Positions 43,598 through 54,727 are shown, numbered from the stretch's first letter. The stretch: DNA of 64,000 bases from Pseudomonadota bacterium (GCA_041694995.1 JBGFRS010000028.1:9104-73103), one strand, 5' to 3'. Made by a program: numbers and translations. The notes: generated from the sequence alone by a model not told the origin.

Positions 43598-44770
43598 ATG
43601 TCGAACGTCGTCGTCAAGACGCCGATGCAATATTTGGACAAGGCCACGAGCGCGCTGCGCGACCTCGGCCTCATGCCGGCCAAGCAGGAAGAAGCCCCGA
43701 TCCTCGCTCTTCTCCAGCAGATCTCCGATATGGAGCCGGACAAGATCGCCGTCATCGCGAAGACGCTCAATCAAGCGGGCACGTTCAACGAGATCGTGCG
43801 CGAGCAGATCGCGGCGATGACCATCGGCGAGCGCTACAAGACGATCACGGAGGGCTTCAACTCCATCCGCGATGATGCGAAGCGCATGGTCGACCAGATT
43901 TCCGACGGCAAGCTGGACATTCTCGAGCGCGCGACAAATGTTTGGATGAAGATCTCCCGCGGTGACATCGCCGACCGCTTCGACAAGGTCCGGGACGTCT
44001 ATCTCGACGTCACCAAGGACACGAAAGTCCAGATCGAGCGTGAGCAGACCATCCTCGACGCCTACATGGACTTCCGCGGCGCCTTGAAGCAGGCCGAGGT
44101 GCTGGCGCTTGAGGTGCTCAAGACGGCCGAAGGGAAACTCCAGAAGGCTCAAGCGGAGCTGAAGAAGGCGTCCGATGCGGTCGCGACTTTCTCCGGTACG
44201 GAGCCGGCCGAGCGGGCGAAGCTCGAGCTCGTCCGCGACGAGCATCTGCGCCTCACCCAGAACGAGGAGAAGCGCTACCAAGTCGCGAAGGACCTCTCGG
44301 ACAACCTCACCATCTCCTACAATACGTCGGAGGTGGTGATGGCGCGTTTGAAGCAGACGACGAACGCGAAGGAGCGCGTCTACGCCCAGTCCGTGTCGTT
44401 CTTCTCGACGAACGATTCGGTTCTGACCGCGCTCAAGGCTTCCTTCACCGGCATGTTCGGGCTGCACGAATCGACGCAGACGCTGAATGCCATGAAGGAA
44501 GGCGTGTCGAAATCCCTCGAAACGCTCGCCACCATCGGCGATAAGGTGCAGGAAGAGGCGGTGAAGGCCGGCTACGGCCCGACGATCCGTGCCGATGCGG
44601 TGAAGAAGCTCGTCGACTCCGTCGTCAATTTCCAGGAGCGTTCGCAGCAGATCATCCAGGAGATGCGCGAAGCCTCGACCAAGAACTCCGCCGAGATTCG
44701 CGACGCCGTCGAGGACGGCAAGCGCCGCATCGCGCAGCTCGTTGCCGAAGGCAAAGCCCTACCGCTCTGA
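43598..44770 (+). CDS. All-helical coiled-coil protein, TelA-like; unknown function
   Basis: Strong GGAGGAG SD, strongly biased codons, heptad-rich; no signal peptide or clear TM; C-terminal YGPTIRADAVKKLVDSVV. Confidence 0.85.
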   Translation: MSNVVVKTPMQYLDKATSALRDLGLMPAKQEEAPILALLQQISDMEPDKIAVIAKTLNQAGTFNEIVREQIAAMTIGERYKTITEGFNSIRDDAKRMVDQISDGKLDILERATNVWMKISRGDIADRFDKVRDVYLDVTKDTKVQIEREQTILDAYMDFRGALKQAEVLALEVLKTAEGKLQKAQAELKKASDAVATFSGTEPAERAKLELVRDEHLRLTQNEEKRYQVAKDLSDNLTISYNTSEVVMARLKQTTNAKERVYAQSVSFFSTNDSVLTALKASFTGMFGLHESTQTLNAMKEGVSKSLETLATIGDKVQEEAVKAGYGPTIRADAVKKLVDSVVNFQERSQQIIQEMREASTKNSAEIRDAVEDGKRRIAQLVAEGKALPL

Positions 44771-45729
44771 TGACGGACGCCTCCGCCGCAGTGGCGGCGC
44801 CTCCGGCGCCGCCTCCACAGAAGCTCGACGAGCTGATGCTCGCGATGGACGTGGTCGACACGCTGCGCCACCGCGAGCTTCTCGTGACGCGCGAGCTTAA
44901 CGAGAACGTACGCGAGGAGCAGCTCGTTCAACGCCTGAAGGATCTCTATCGCAGCCAGGGCATCGAAGTCTCCGATGCGGTGATCGCGCAGGGGGTGAAG
45001 GCGCTCAAGGAGAGCCGCTTCGTCTACACGCCCCCGCCGCCTTCCCTAGGACGGACGCTCGCGACGCTTTGGGTCAAGCGCGGGACCTATGGGCGTGTCC
45101 TTGCGGGCGCCGCCGCGGCGATCGCGGTGATGTGGGGCGCCTACCACTTCGCGGTGACGCGCCCCGCGCAACAGGCCGCGCAACAGGCGCACATCGAACT
45201 GACCGAGACGTTGCCGCGTCAGCTCGCCGCCGCGCATCAGGCCGTGCTTGCTGAGGCTCAGGTCGATATCGCGCGGCAGCGCGCCGGAACAATTCTTGCC
45301 GGAGGGCAGGCGGCGCTGCAACGGCAAGACGCGGCCCAGGCGCGCACCGCTGTTGGTGAACTCGACAGTCTCCTCGGTGCGCTCAGGCAGGAATACACGC
45401 TGCGCATTGCCGGTCGCGCGACCGATCAGACCGGCTTCTGGCGCGAGCCCGTCCGCTTCGGCCAGGGGCGTACCTACTATTTGGTCGTCAATGCCGTCGA
45501 TGCGCGCGGCAGCGAGGTCCGGCTGCCGATCCGCAACGCGGAAACGAACCAGATCGAGACCGTCTCGCGTTTCGCTGTCGCGGTGCCGGAAGCGACCTTC
45601 GTGCGCGTGCGCGACGACAAGGCGCGCAACGGCCTCGTGCAGAACGACCGCCTGGCCGAGAAGCGCCGCGGGTTCTTGGAGCCAGAATTCCGCATGCCGG
45701 CCCTTGAAGGCCGCCTGACGCGCTGGTGA
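44770..45729 (+). CDS. Single-pass membrane protein (DUF6384-like)
   Basis: LDELMLAMDVVDTLRH motif, one TM (VLAGAAAAIAVMWGAYHFAV), beta-rich C-terminal domain; TGATG-coupled. Confidence 0.82.
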   Translation: MTDASAAVAAPPAPPPQKLDELMLAMDVVDTLRHRELLVTRELNENVREEQLVQRLKDLYRSQGIEVSDAVIAQGVKALKESRFVYTPPPPSLGRTLATLWVKRGTYGRVLAGAAAAIAVMWGAYHFAVTRPAQQAAQQAHIELTETLPRQLAAAHQAVLAEAQVDIARQRAGTILAGGQAALQRQDAAQARTAVGELDSLLGALRQEYTLRIAGRATDQTGFWREPVRFGQGRTYYLVVNAVDARGSEVRLPIRNAETNQIETVSRFAVAVPEATFVRVRDDKARNGLVQNDRLAEKRRGFLEPEFRMPALEGRLTRW

Positions 45730-45741
45730 GGACGCGACACG

Positions 45742-47226
45742 ATGTTCACTGGCCGTGATGCGCTGTTCTCCGTCGAGCAGGCGATCTCTCGTGTGCGGGC
45801 GGACGAGGGCCAACTCGACGCGACGCTCCGCTCCGCGATCGAAGAAGCCGCGAGGTTGCGGCGCGAGGAAGCCGAAGGCTTCCGCGTGCTCGCGCGCATC
45901 AAGCTCGACACCATGGTGCAGGACCAGGTGGTCAACGATCTTGACGCGACCGAGCGCCGCGCACTGGCGATGATCGAGAACCAACGCCAGGTGCTCGAAC
46001 AACTCTCTCGCCGCCACGATGCAGGACAGAAGGCGCTCGATGCCGCGGAGCAGGCCAAGCACGCGCGCGATGATGAGCTTGCGAAATTGCTGCTCGATCT
46101 CGACACCCGACGGGCCGCGACCGCTGCGCGGATCAAGAATGATCAAGCGTGGAACGCTGCGAAGACCGAGGTCACCAAGGCTGAGGAGGTTGCCGCCGCC
46201 GCCGACCGTAAGGCGAAGCTCGCGGAAGAAGATCTTGCCGAGAAGCGCAAGCCGTACGAGGCTGATCCGCTGTTCATGTATCTCTACGGCAAGAAGCATG
46301 GCCGCGAGGAAGACCGCTCCTCGAACTTCGTGAAGTTTTTCGATCGCAAGGTGGCGCGCCTCGTCGGCTACCAGGGTGCGCGCGCGAACTACGCGATGCT
46401 CCTCGAAATCCCGCTGCGTCTGCGCGAGCACGCGAAGGCGCGTCTCGCCGAGGTCGATGCCGCCAAGGACCGCGCCGCGGAGATCGAACGGCAGGCGCTC
46501 GTTGCCGATGGCATCGATGCCATCGAAACGCGCGTGGCGGCGGCCGAGGCCGCGGTCAAGGCAGCGGCCGAGGCCGTCGTCAAAGCCGATGCGGAACTGA
46601 AGCAGATCGAGGCCGATCGGCAAACCGCGCTCGGGGCCGGAGAGAACGCGGCCTATGGCGGCGCGGTCGACCTGCTGGCACAGGCGCTCCAACGTGAGAA
46701 CTTTCGCCAGTTGCACGCAGAGGCGGTGCGCACGCGCACGACGGCGGACGACCAGGCGCTCGATGCGATCGCGCGTGCCCGTTCGCGACTTGAAAAGGCC
46801 GATGCGGAAGTGGCCGCGATCCGTGCCCAGATTCGCGAGGCCGCGCGCAAGCGTAGCGAGCTCGAGGGCGCGCGCGATCGGGCACGGAACCAGGGCTATG
46901 ACAGCCCGATGGGCGGGTTCGACAGCCAGCAGGTCATCGCGCAAGTGATCGGCGGCATCCTGTCGGGTGTCCTCCGCGGAGCTGATCTCGATCGCGCGAT
47001 GCGCGACAATTACCGCTGGCGGCAGCCACAGTCCGACCCTGATTTTGGGCGCCCGCGTCGCGGGTCCACCTGGGGTCACGATGACGACGACGACGATGAC
47101 GATGACCGGCGGCGCCGTCGCGGCGGCCCCTGGGGCGGCTCCTGGGGTGGCGGGGGGTCTTGGGGCGGCGGTGGCGGCTCGTCAGGCGGTGGCGGCAGTG
47201 GCTACCGCACCGGCGGCAACTTCTGA
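45742..47226 (+). CDS. Long coiled-coil protein with acidic/basic/Gly-rich low-complexity tail
   Basis: About 380 aa Ala/Glu/Arg heptads, YEADPLFMYL motif, then D9-R5-GGPWGGSWGGGG...GGNF. Confidence 0.82.
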   Translation: MFTGRDALFSVEQAISRVRADEGQLDATLRSAIEEAARLRREEAEGFRVLARIKLDTMVQDQVVNDLDATERRALAMIENQRQVLEQLSRRHDAGQKALDAAEQAKHARDDELAKLLLDLDTRRAATAARIKNDQAWNAAKTEVTKAEEVAAAADRKAKLAEEDLAEKRKPYEADPLFMYLYGKKHGREEDRSSNFVKFFDRKVARLVGYQGARANYAMLLEIPLRLREHAKARLAEVDAAKDRAAEIERQALVADGIDAIETRVAAAEAAVKAAAEAVVKADAELKQIEADRQTALGAGENAAYGGAVDLLAQALQRENFRQLHAEAVRTRTTADDQALDAIARARSRLEKADAEVAAIRAQIREAARKRSELEGARDRARNQGYDSPMGGFDSQQVIAQVIGGILSGVLRGADLDRAMRDNYRWRQPQSDPDFGRPRRGSTWGHDDDDDDDDDRRRRRGGPWGGSWGGGGSWGGGGGSSGGGGSGYRTGGNF

Positions 47227-47233
47227 CGCCCGG

Positions 47234-47749
47234 TTAGCCTGCAGCGCGCGCCTTAACCATGGCGACGAAGGCGGATTTCTCGGCGTCATTCGCAAAGGCC
47301 GAGGCCGGCACCACCACGCCGTTCGACGCGGTGAGGAGAACGATCACGAGCCTGTCCTCTTCGACCAGGCCGCGCACGGTGTCCCAGGCGAAGAAGGAGC
47401 GGAAGCGCGTTCCGTCCACCGAGAGGCCGGTATCATCGAGCGTGACGCTTTGCTCGCCTGCAAAGAGGGCGTCCTGTTCGGCGACGCGCGTCAGCCGTGC
47501 CTGGCGGAGGTTCTGTAGGATGGCCTGTGCCACGAGCCCGAGGACGAGGCCAATCGCAAAGGCAATGCCGGCGCCGAGAAAACCGATACTCCAACCGATG
47601 ACGAGCGCGAGCCCGAGGATGACGGTGAGCGCCAGCGCCGACTGCTTGTCGAAGGCCTCGATGCCGCCGAACCGTATGGCCCGGCGCAGCATGACGATGC
47701 GGTAGCGCGTGAGGTCCGCAGGAGTGAGCGTGAAGGTCAGCGCCCGCAT
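47234..47749 (-). CDS. YcxB-like membrane protein
   Basis: Two TM helices followed by ..W..V..L.E...VP..AF. Confidence 0.7.
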   Translation of the reverse strand: MRALTFTLTPADLTRYRIVMLRRAIRFGGIEAFDKQSALALTVILGLALVIGWSIGFLGAGIAFAIGLVLGLVAQAILQNLRQARLTRVAEQDALFAGEQSVTLDDTGLSVDGTRFRSFFAWDTVRGLVEEDRLVIVLLTASNGVVVPASAFANDAEKSAFVAMVKARAAG

Positions 47750-47766
47750 CGGCGCGGCCTATGGGC

Positions 47767-50685
47767 TCAGAGCGCGCCGTGACAATGCTTGTACTTCTTG
47801 CCTGACCCGCAGGGGCAAGGATCGTTGCGCCCGACCTTGCCCCACGTGGCGGGATTGGTCGGATCGACGGCAGCAGCCTTCGCCCGCGGGCGCGTCAGCG
47901 TCGCCGTGCCGCCCGGCTCCTCGAACGAGGTGTCGATCGCGTCATTAAAGCCCGTCGTCGCATCGAGGTGCTGCACCTGCAACTGCTCGTAGGGGATCGG
48001 CTGCGGGTCCGGGGGCGCGAGTTCCACGCGCATCAGTGTGCCGGTGACGTTCTCGCGCAGCCGGCCGAGCAGGCCCTGGAACAGCTCGAAGGCCTCGGAC
48101 TTGTACTCGTTCAAGGGGTCGCGTTGTGCCATCCCGCGCCAGCCGATGACCTGGCGCAAGTGATCGAGGGTGACGAGGTGTTCGCGCCAGAGCTGGTCCA
48201 GCGTCTGCATCAGCACCGCCTTCTCGACGTGGCGGAACATGTCCGGCCCGATGCGTGCGACACGGGCGGCTTGCGCTTCGTCGGCGGCGCGGGTGATGCG
48301 CTCGATCACCTCTTCATCCGCGATGCCTTCTTCCTTCGCCCAGTCGACGACGGGCAGCTCGAGGCCCATCGTCTTCTTGATTTCATCCTGCAGCCCTGCC
48401 GTGTCCCATTGCTCGGGATAGGCTTGCTCGGGGATGTGCGCGTTGACGAGATCCTTGATCAGCTCGTGGCGCATCTCGGTGACCATTTCCGTGACGTTCG
48501 GCATCGCCATCAAGTCGCGGCGCTGCGAGAACACCGCCTTGCGCTGGTCGTTCATCACATTGTCGTATTTGAGGATGTTCTTGCGGATGTCGAAATTCCG
48601 CGCCTCGACCTTCTGCTGCGCCTTTTCCAGGGCCTTGTTAATCCAGGGGTGGACGATGGCTTCGCCAGGCTTCAGCCCGAGCTTCGTCAGCATCGAATCC
48701 ATACGATCCGACCCGAAGATACGCATCAGATCATCTTGCAGCGACAGGTAGAACTTGGAACGGCCCGGATCGCCCTGGCGGCCGGAGCGGCCGCGGAGCT
48801 GGTTGTCGATGCGCCGGCTCTCATGCCGCTCGGTACCGAGGACGTAGAGACCGCCGGCGGCAAGCGCGCGCTGCTTCAGATCCTTGACGCGATTCGTCAG
48901 TTTCCGACCGAGATCGGCCATCGCCTCGTCGCGCGTTGCGGGGTCGGCGAGCTTGGCGACGCGATCCTTGAAGAAGGCTTCCGCCTCGCCATCCATGAAG
49001 TTCTCGCGGAACAGGCCGGCATCCGGCTTCTCGCCTTTCGCCACCGCTTCGCCGACGAGATGCGCGAGTTGGTGGAGGCCGAACAGCGCGTTGCCGCCGA
49101 GCTGGATGTCGGTGCCGCGGCCGGCCATGTTGGTCGCAATAGTGATGGCGCCGGGCACCCCGGCCTGGGCGACGATGTAGGCTTCCTGTTCGTGGTAACG
49201 CGCGTTCAGCACCGCGAACGCCTTCCGGAAACCGTTTGGGCGTTCGTCATAGAGCGGCGCGAAGGGGTTCAGGCCCTTTGCGAAGTCGATCTGGTGGAAG
49301 CCGCGCTTCTCGAGGAGGGCAGCGAGCGTCTCCGATTTCTCGATCGAGGTCGTGCCGACGAGGAGCGGCTGCCCCTTTTCGTTCGCCGCGACGATCTCGG
49401 CGATGATCGCGTCGTACTTCTCTTCGACTGAACGATAGACCTCGTCGTCTTCGTCCTGGCGCGCGATCGGCATGTTCGTCGGGATCTCCATGACGTCGAG
49501 GCCATAGATCTCGGCAAACTCGTCCGCTTCGGTTGCCGCCGTACCGGTCATGCCGGCGAGCTTTTCGTACATGCGGAAGTAGTTCTGGAATGTCACGGAG
49601 GCGAGCGTCTGGTTCTCCGGCATGATCTGGACGTGCTCTTTCGCCTCGAGGGCCTGGTGCAGGCCTTCCGAGTAGCGGCGTCCCGGCATCATGCGGCCGG
49701 TGAACTCGTCGATGATGACCACCTCGCCGTTCTTGACGATGTAGTCCTTGTCCCGGTGGAACAGCTTGTGCGCCCGCAGTGCCTGATTCATGTGGTGCAC
49801 GAGCGTCGTGTTCTCGACGTCGTAGAGATCATCCCCGCGCACCAATCCGGCCTCTTTCAGCCAACCTTCCATCTTCACCGTGCCGGACTCGGTGAAATGC
49901 GTCGTGCGCTGCTTCTCGTCGACGTCGTAGTCGCCCTTTTCGAGACGCGGAATGAAGACGTCGAGCGTCTGATAGAGTTCGGAGCGATCGTCGAGCGGGC
50001 CTGAAATGATCAGCGGCGTGCGCGCCTCGTCGACCAGAATAGAGTCGACCTCGTCCACGATGGCGAAGACGTGGCCGCGCTGCACCATCTGCGCTTCCTC
50101 GTACTTCATGTTGTCGCGCAGATAGTCGAAGCCATACTCGTTGTTGGTGCCGTAGGTGATGTCGCAGGCATAGGCCTGCTGGCGCTGACTGTCGTCGAGG
50201 CCGTGCACAATGACGCCGACGGTCAGGCCGAGGAAATTGTAGATCTGGCCCATCCACTCGGCGTCGCGCTTGGCGAGATAGTCGTTCACCGTGACGACGT
50301 GGACGCCCTTGCCCGCGAGCGCATTGAGATAGACCGGCAGGGTCGCGACGAGCGTCTTGCCTTCGCCGGTTTTCATTTCCGCGATCTTGCCCTCGTGCAG
50401 CACCATGCCGCCGATGAGCTGCACGTCGAAATGGCGCTGGCCAAGCGTGCGCTTGGCCGCCTCGCGGACGACGGCGAAAGCCGGCACCAGAATGTCGTCG
50501 AGGCTCTTGCCCCCTTCGAGTTCCGCGCGAAACGCCGCCGTCTTGGCGCGCAGCTCTTCATCGCTCAGCGCCGCGAAGGTCGGCTCCAGCGCATTGATCT
50601 TTTCAACGCGCGGCCGATAGCCCTTCACGCGACGGTCGTTGGCGGAGCCGAAGACGAGCTTGGCGAGAGAGCCGAGACCGAGCAT
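47767..50685 (-). CDS. secA: Preprotein translocase SecA
   Basis: [54 protein letters not shown]; start trimmed to MLGLGSLAK. Confidence 0.98.
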   Translation of the reverse strand: MLGLGSLAKLVFGSANDRRVKGYRPRVEKINALEPTFAALSDEELRAKTAAFRAELEGGKSLDDILVPAFAVVREAAKRTLGQRHFDVQLIGGMVLHEGKIAEMKTGEGKTLVATLPVYLNALAGKGVHVVTVNDYLAKRDAEWMGQIYNFLGLTVGVIVHGLDDSQRQQAYACDITYGTNNEYGFDYLRDNMKYEEAQMVQRGHVFAIVDEVDSILVDEARTPLIISGPLDDRSELYQTLDVFIPRLEKGDYDVDEKQRTTHFTESGTVKMEGWLKEAGLVRGDDLYDVENTTLVHHMNQALRAHKLFHRDKDYIVKNGEVVIIDEFTGRMMPGRRYSEGLHQALEAKEHVQIMPENQTLASVTFQNYFRMYEKLAGMTGTAATEADEFAEIYGLDVMEIPTNMPIARQDEDDEVYRSVEEKYDAIIAEIVAANEKGQPLLVGTTSIEKSETLAALLEKRGFHQIDFAKGLNPFAPLYDERPNGFRKAFAVLNARYHEQEAYIVAQAGVPGAITIATNMAGRGTDIQLGGNALFGLHQLAHLVGEAVAKGEKPDAGLFRENFMDGEAEAFFKDRVAKLADPATRDEAMADLGRKLTNRVKDLKQRALAAGGLYVLGTERHESRRIDNQLRGRSGRQGDPGRSKFYLSLQDDLMRIFGSDRMDSMLTKLGLKPGEAIVHPWINKALEKAQQKVEARNFDIRKNILKYDNVMNDQRKAVFSQRRDLMAMPNVTEMVTEMRHELIKDLVNAHIPEQAYPEQWDTAGLQDEIKKTMGLELPVVDWAKEEGIADEEVIERITRAADEAQAARVARIGPDMFRHVEKAVLMQTLDQLWREHLVTLDHLRQVIGWRGMAQRDPLNEYKSEAFELFQGLLGRLRENVTGTLMRVELAPPDPQPIPYEQLQVQHLDATTGFNDAIDTSFEEPGGTATLTRPRAKAAAVDPTNPATWGKVGRNDPCPCGSGKKYKHCHGAL

Positions 50686-50875
50686 GGAAGACACCTCGCG
50701 CGCGGAGACAAAAGAGATGCGGCCCGCGAACCGATGCGCGTCGGCCGGCCTCGGTTGGTCGCGACGGCGCGGAGAAGGTTCGGGTCCGCCAAGATTGCCG
50801 GCGACGAAATCACATCGGCGGCACGCCGGGAGACTTCGTTTCGCGCGCTGGTGAACGGGCCGCCCGGCCGGCGTC

Positions 50876-50905
50876 AGATAGGGTTGACCCTCCGCCATTG
50901 TCAAT
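50876..50905 (-). promoter_or_regulatory. RpoH-like promoter upstream of secA
   Basis: Minus strand ATTGAC-N16-CCCTATCT. Confidence 0.55.
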
Positions 50906-50967
50906 GCGAGGTCGCCCGCGTACACGGGTGCAGAGCCTGAACCGCGCCTGTTGAGTGGCGCCCGGAG

Positions 50968-51801
50968 ATGGAAATGACCCGATTCCGCCGCCTGTTCGCC
51001 GCCACCGCGTTCGTGAGCGCGGTATTCGGCCCGGCTCTCGCGCAGCAACCCGCGCCGCCCGCGCCGCAGGCCGCGCCCCATGGCCTGCCGTCGGTGAACG
51101 GCACGGCGATCACCGAAGCGGACTTGGCCGCGGCGACGGCCGAGCTGTCCGACGCCATCCAGAGCGTGCCGGAAGCCCAACGGCGCGAACAGCTCATCGA
51201 CTATCTCGTCACCGTGCGCGTGCTTGCCGCGCAGGCGCGGAGCGAGAACCTGGCGCAGGGCGCTGATTACCAGGCGCGCATCCAGTTCCTGGCCGACAAG
51301 TATCTGATGGAGACCTTTCTGCGCCGCGAGATCGACAAGCTCGTGACGCCGGCCGCGGTCGAGGCCTTCTATCGCGAGCGCATCGGCAACCAGCCGCCGG
51401 AGACTGAAGTCCGTGCGCGCCACATCCTCGTCGCCGACGAGGCGGCGGCACGCGCCATCATCGCCGAGCTTCGCGCGGGCAAGAGCTTCGAGGAACTGGC
51501 CCGCGAGCGGTCGATCGATCCCGGTTCGAAGGACGAGGGCGGCGATCTCGGGTTCTTCACCCGCGACCGCATGGTCGCCGAATTCGCCAATGCCGCCTTC
51601 GCGCTGCAGCCGGGGCAGATTTCCCCGGAGCCGGTGCGTTCGCAATTCGGCTGGCACGTGATCCGCGTCGACGAGAGCCGGCAGGTGCCCGTGCCGAGCC
51701 TGCAGGACGTCGAAGGCCAAATCCGCCAGTTCCTCTCGCGCCGCGCCCAGAGCGAGGTGATCGGGCGGCTGCGGCAGGCCGCGCGCATCGAGCGGCGGTG
51801 A
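50968..51801 (+). CDS. Parvulin-type peptidyl-prolyl isomerase, exported
   Basis: Signal peptide ending PALA; RARHILV, GGDLG, FGWHVI. Confidence 0.93.
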   Translation: MEMTRFRRLFAATAFVSAVFGPALAQQPAPPAPQAAPHGLPSVNGTAITEADLAAATAELSDAIQSVPEAQRREQLIDYLVTVRVLAAQARSENLAQGADYQARIQFLADKYLMETFLRREIDKLVTPAAVEAFYRERIGNQPPETEVRARHILVADEAAARAIIAELRAGKSFEELARERSIDPGSKDEGGDLGFFTRDRMVAEFANAAFALQPGQISPEPVRSQFGWHVIRVDESRQVPVPSLQDVEGQIRQFLSRRAQSEVIGRLRQAARIERR

Positions 51802-51867
51802 GGCGCTTGTCGGTGGTTGGGAGTTCGGGCAGAGGTTGAGTTTGCGTCCGAAACCGCCGAGGTCGTC

Positions 51868-53106
51868 ATGGGATCGCCCGCCGCTCTCTCTCCCCTCGCG
51901 CCGAAGAGCTTTGTCGAGGCAGGTCCCGTTCCGGGCGTGCGCTTTGCCACCGCCGAGGCCGGCATCCGCTATCGCGACCGCACCGACGTGCTGATGGCGG
52001 TGTTCGATCCGGGGACCACGGTCGCCGGCGTGTTCACGCGTTCCAAGTGCCCGTCGGCGCCGGTCGAGTGGTGCCGCGACAAGCTCGCGCGGGGCAAGGC
52101 GCGCGCGCTCGTCGTCAATTCGGGCAATGCGAACGCCTTCACCGGCCGCACCGGGCGCGCCGCGACCAAGCTCACGGCCGAGATCGCGGCCAAGGCTGCC
52201 GGCTGCAAACCGGCTGAGGTCTTCCTCGCTTCCACCGGCGTGATCGGTGAACCGCTGGACGCGCGCAAGTTCGAAGGGGTGCTCGCCGATTGCCTCGCAC
52301 GGGCGGCGACCGGCCCCTGGCTTGACGCGGCGCGGGCGATCATGACCACGGACACCTTTCCGAAAGTGGCCGAGGCGGAGGTTGATCTGGCAGGCACCTC
52401 GGTGCGCATCGTCGGCATCGCCAAGGGCGCCGGCATGATCGCGCCGGATATGGCGACGATGCTGTCCTTCGTGTTCACCGATGCACCGATCGACGCTCCG
52501 GTCTTGCAGTCGCTGCTTGCGAGCGGCGTCGTCGACACGTTCAACGCCGTCACCGTGGACGGGGATACGTCGACCTCGGACACGCTGATGATGTTTGCCA
52601 CGGGTGCCGCGGCCGCACCCCGTGTCACGACGGCGCGCGACCGGCGTCTTCCGGCGTTCCGCACGGCGCTTCACGGCGTCCTGCGCGATCTCGCCCAACA
52701 GGTCGCGCGCGATGGCGAGGGCGCGCGCAAGCTGATCACGGTCATGGTCAACGGTGCGACGTCGAAGCGGTCCGCCCGCCGCATCGCCATGTCGATCGCG
52801 AACTCGCCCCTGGTGAAGACCGCGATCGCCGGAGAGGACGCGAATTGGGGCCGTGTCGTCATGGCGGTCGGCAAGGCCGGAGAGCCGGCCGATCGCGACA
52901 AGCTCTCGATCTGGTTCGGAGACATCCGCGTGGCGCACAGGGGAGCACGTGACCCGAAGTACGACGAGGCAGCGATCTCCGCTTACATGCGGCGGGACGA
53001 GATCGTCCTGTCGGTTCATCTCGGCCTCGGCAAGGCCCAGGACAGCGTGTGGACCTGCGATCTGACCAAGGCCTATGTCGAGATCAATGGCGACTACCGC
53101 AGTTGA
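51868..53106 (+). CDS. argJ: Bifunctional ornithine acetyltransferase
   Basis: [40 protein letters not shown]. Confidence 0.96.
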   Translation: MGSPAALSPLAPKSFVEAGPVPGVRFATAEAGIRYRDRTDVLMAVFDPGTTVAGVFTRSKCPSAPVEWCRDKLARGKARALVVNSGNANAFTGRTGRAATKLTAEIAAKAAGCKPAEVFLASTGVIGEPLDARKFEGVLADCLARAATGPWLDAARAIMTTDTFPKVAEAEVDLAGTSVRIVGIAKGAGMIAPDMATMLSFVFTDAPIDAPVLQSLLASGVVDTFNAVTVDGDTSTSDTLMMFATGAAAAPRVTTARDRRLPAFRTALHGVLRDLAQQVARDGEGARKLITVMVNGATSKRSARRIAMSIANSPLVKTAIAGEDANWGRVVMAVGKAGEPADRDKLSIWFGDIRVAHRGARDPKYDEAAISAYMRRDEIVLSVHLGLGKAQDSVWTCDLTKAYVEINGDYRS

Positions 53107-53159
53107 TGCGGCCGCGAGACCATTCGTTCACGATTTCCCGCTAGACGGGTAGACGGTCG

Positions 53160-53567
53160 ATGGTTCGCAAGCTCGTTCTGGTCGCGGCCGTTGCCCTCGT
53201 CGATGCCGATGGTCGCGTGCTGCTCGCGCGGCGGCCCGAAGGCAAGGCGATGGCAGGGTTGTGGGAATTCCCCGGCGGCAAGGTCGAGATCGGCGAACGG
53301 CCCGAGGAAACCTTGATCCGCGAACTCGCAGAAGAGCTCGGCATTGTCGTCAAGGAAGCCTGCCTCGCGCCGCTCACCTTCGCGAGCCACGCCTACGACG
53401 CCTTCGATCTGCTGATGCCCCTTTGGGTGTGCCGGCGATGGGAGGGGACGGTACGGGCGGTGGAGGGCCAAGCGCTCGCTTGGGTTCGGCCGCAGCGGCT
53501 CCGGGACTATCCGATGCCGCCGGCCGACGAACCGCTGATACCGGTGTTGCAGGAGCTGTTGCGCTGA
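53160..53567 (+). CDS. mutT: Nudix 8-oxo-dGTP diphosphatase
   Basis: WEFPGGK...RELAEELG, MPPAD. Confidence 0.92.
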   Translation: MVRKLVLVAAVALVDADGRVLLARRPEGKAMAGLWEFPGGKVEIGERPEETLIRELAEELGIVVKEACLAPLTFASHAYDAFDLLMPLWVCRRWEGTVRAVEGQALAWVRPQRLRDYPMPPADEPLIPVLQELLR

Positions 53568-53599
53568 CGCTCTTGTGGAGCTGCGGGAAGGGGGCAGGC

Positions 53600-53767
53600 G
53601 TGGCACGGATTGTCGAGCGGTTCCTCCAGGACGAGAGGGGCGCAACCGCCATCGAATACGCCATGGTCGCGGCTGGGATCGCGGTCGCGATTTCCGTTGC
53701 TGTCTATGCGCTTGGCGAACGGGTCCTGAACGATCTATGGAATCGCATCTCTACGGCGATGACCTGA
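53600..53767 (+). CDS. flp: Flp family type IVb pilin
   Basis: DERG|ATAIEY prepilin cleavage motif plus hydrophobic helix. Confidence 0.88.
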   Translation: MARIVERFLQDERGATAIEYAMVAAGIAVAISVAVYALGERVLNDLWNRISTAMT

Positions 53768-53769
53768 TC

Positions 53770-54666
53770 CTACCTGCCCGCTTTTTCCTCGGTTGAACGC
53801 TCGGTCGTCTTCAGCGCATCTGCCAGCCGAGCCTTGGCCGAACCGGGTCGAAGCGGCCTCCGCTGGCTCTCGTGCGGCGCCCAGCCGGACAGCCAAAGGA
53901 TTTGGAACGTGGCGGGGATGCGGCCGTCAGCCCCCGCGAAGCGTTCGCGATAAACTTCCGCCATGCGGAACGCGGTCGAACGACGCAACGGAATGCGCCG
54001 GCGAGCGAGCAGCGCATTCGTCGCCCCCATGGCGCGCAGATCGCGGCAGAGTGCGAAGGCGTCACCGTAGCGCACCTTCACCGTTTCCACATCGGTGACC
54101 GGCAATGCGAAGCCGGCGCGCTGAAGGAGCGCCCCGATGTCGCGCACGTCGGCGAACGGGGCGACGCGTGGCGAGAGTCCGCCGGTCGTTTCGCTCTCGG
54201 CCACGGCGAAGGCTTCGCGCAGCTCCTTGAGGGTTTCCCCGCCGATCAGCGCGGCGAGGAGCAAACCGTCCGGCTTCAGCGCGCGGCGCAGCTGCACCAG
54301 CGCGCCGGGCAAATCGTTGACGAACTGCAGTGCAAGGCCCGAGACGACGAGGTCGAGGCTTTCCGCCGCAAACGGCAAGGCCTCGGCATCCGCGACGAGG
54401 CTGCCGGCCTCCGCGGCTGTTCCAGCGCAAGGCAGGGCTCGAACGACCGTGTCGACCTTGCCCGAGGCTCTCAGCGCGGTCGCGAAGGCTTGCGTCGGCG
54501 TGCTAAGGTCGAGAGCGATTGCAAAACGCCGCAAGATCGGGACGAGCCGCGTCGACAGATCCTCTGCGACTTGCGCCAGCAGGAAGTCGGCGCCCGGCAC
54601 GCTGATCGCGGCGGCACGGGCGAGGCGATGCTGGACAAGCGATCGATCGAAGACGAGGTGCGTCAT
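53770..54666 (-). CDS. SAM-dependent methyltransferase (BioC/NDUFAF5-like)
   Basis: NDLPGAL, LKPDG, SPRVAPF, AGFALPV, LRPGSA; divergent from comF. Confidence 0.88.
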   Translation of the reverse strand: MTHLVFDRSLVQHRLARAAAISVPGADFLLAQVAEDLSTRLVPILRRFAIALDLSTPTQAFATALRASGKVDTVVRALPCAGTAAEAGSLVADAEALPFAAESLDLVVSGLALQFVNDLPGALVQLRRALKPDGLLLAALIGGETLKELREAFAVAESETTGGLSPRVAPFADVRDIGALLQRAGFALPVTDVETVKVRYGDAFALCRDLRAMGATNALLARRRIPLRRSTAFRMAEVYRERFAGADGRIPATFQILWLSGWAPHESQRRPLRPGSAKARLADALKTTERSTEEKAGR

Positions 54667-54727
54667 CAGCGTTCGATATGCCCGCATTGCCCCTTCCCGT
54701 CACCTCTCGATCGCGTCACACTTGGAC

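Noticed and set aside
50686-53019. 1750-aa ORF extending secA by about 780 codons
   Set aside because: The extension is the antisense shadow of the PPIase and argJ genes in GC-rich DNA. SecA homology starts at 50685, which has its own promoter-like sequence upstream.
53600-53767. Orphan flp pilin as a novel pilus system
   Set aside because: Isolated flp next to mutT is common in rhizobia, and there are no tad genes here.
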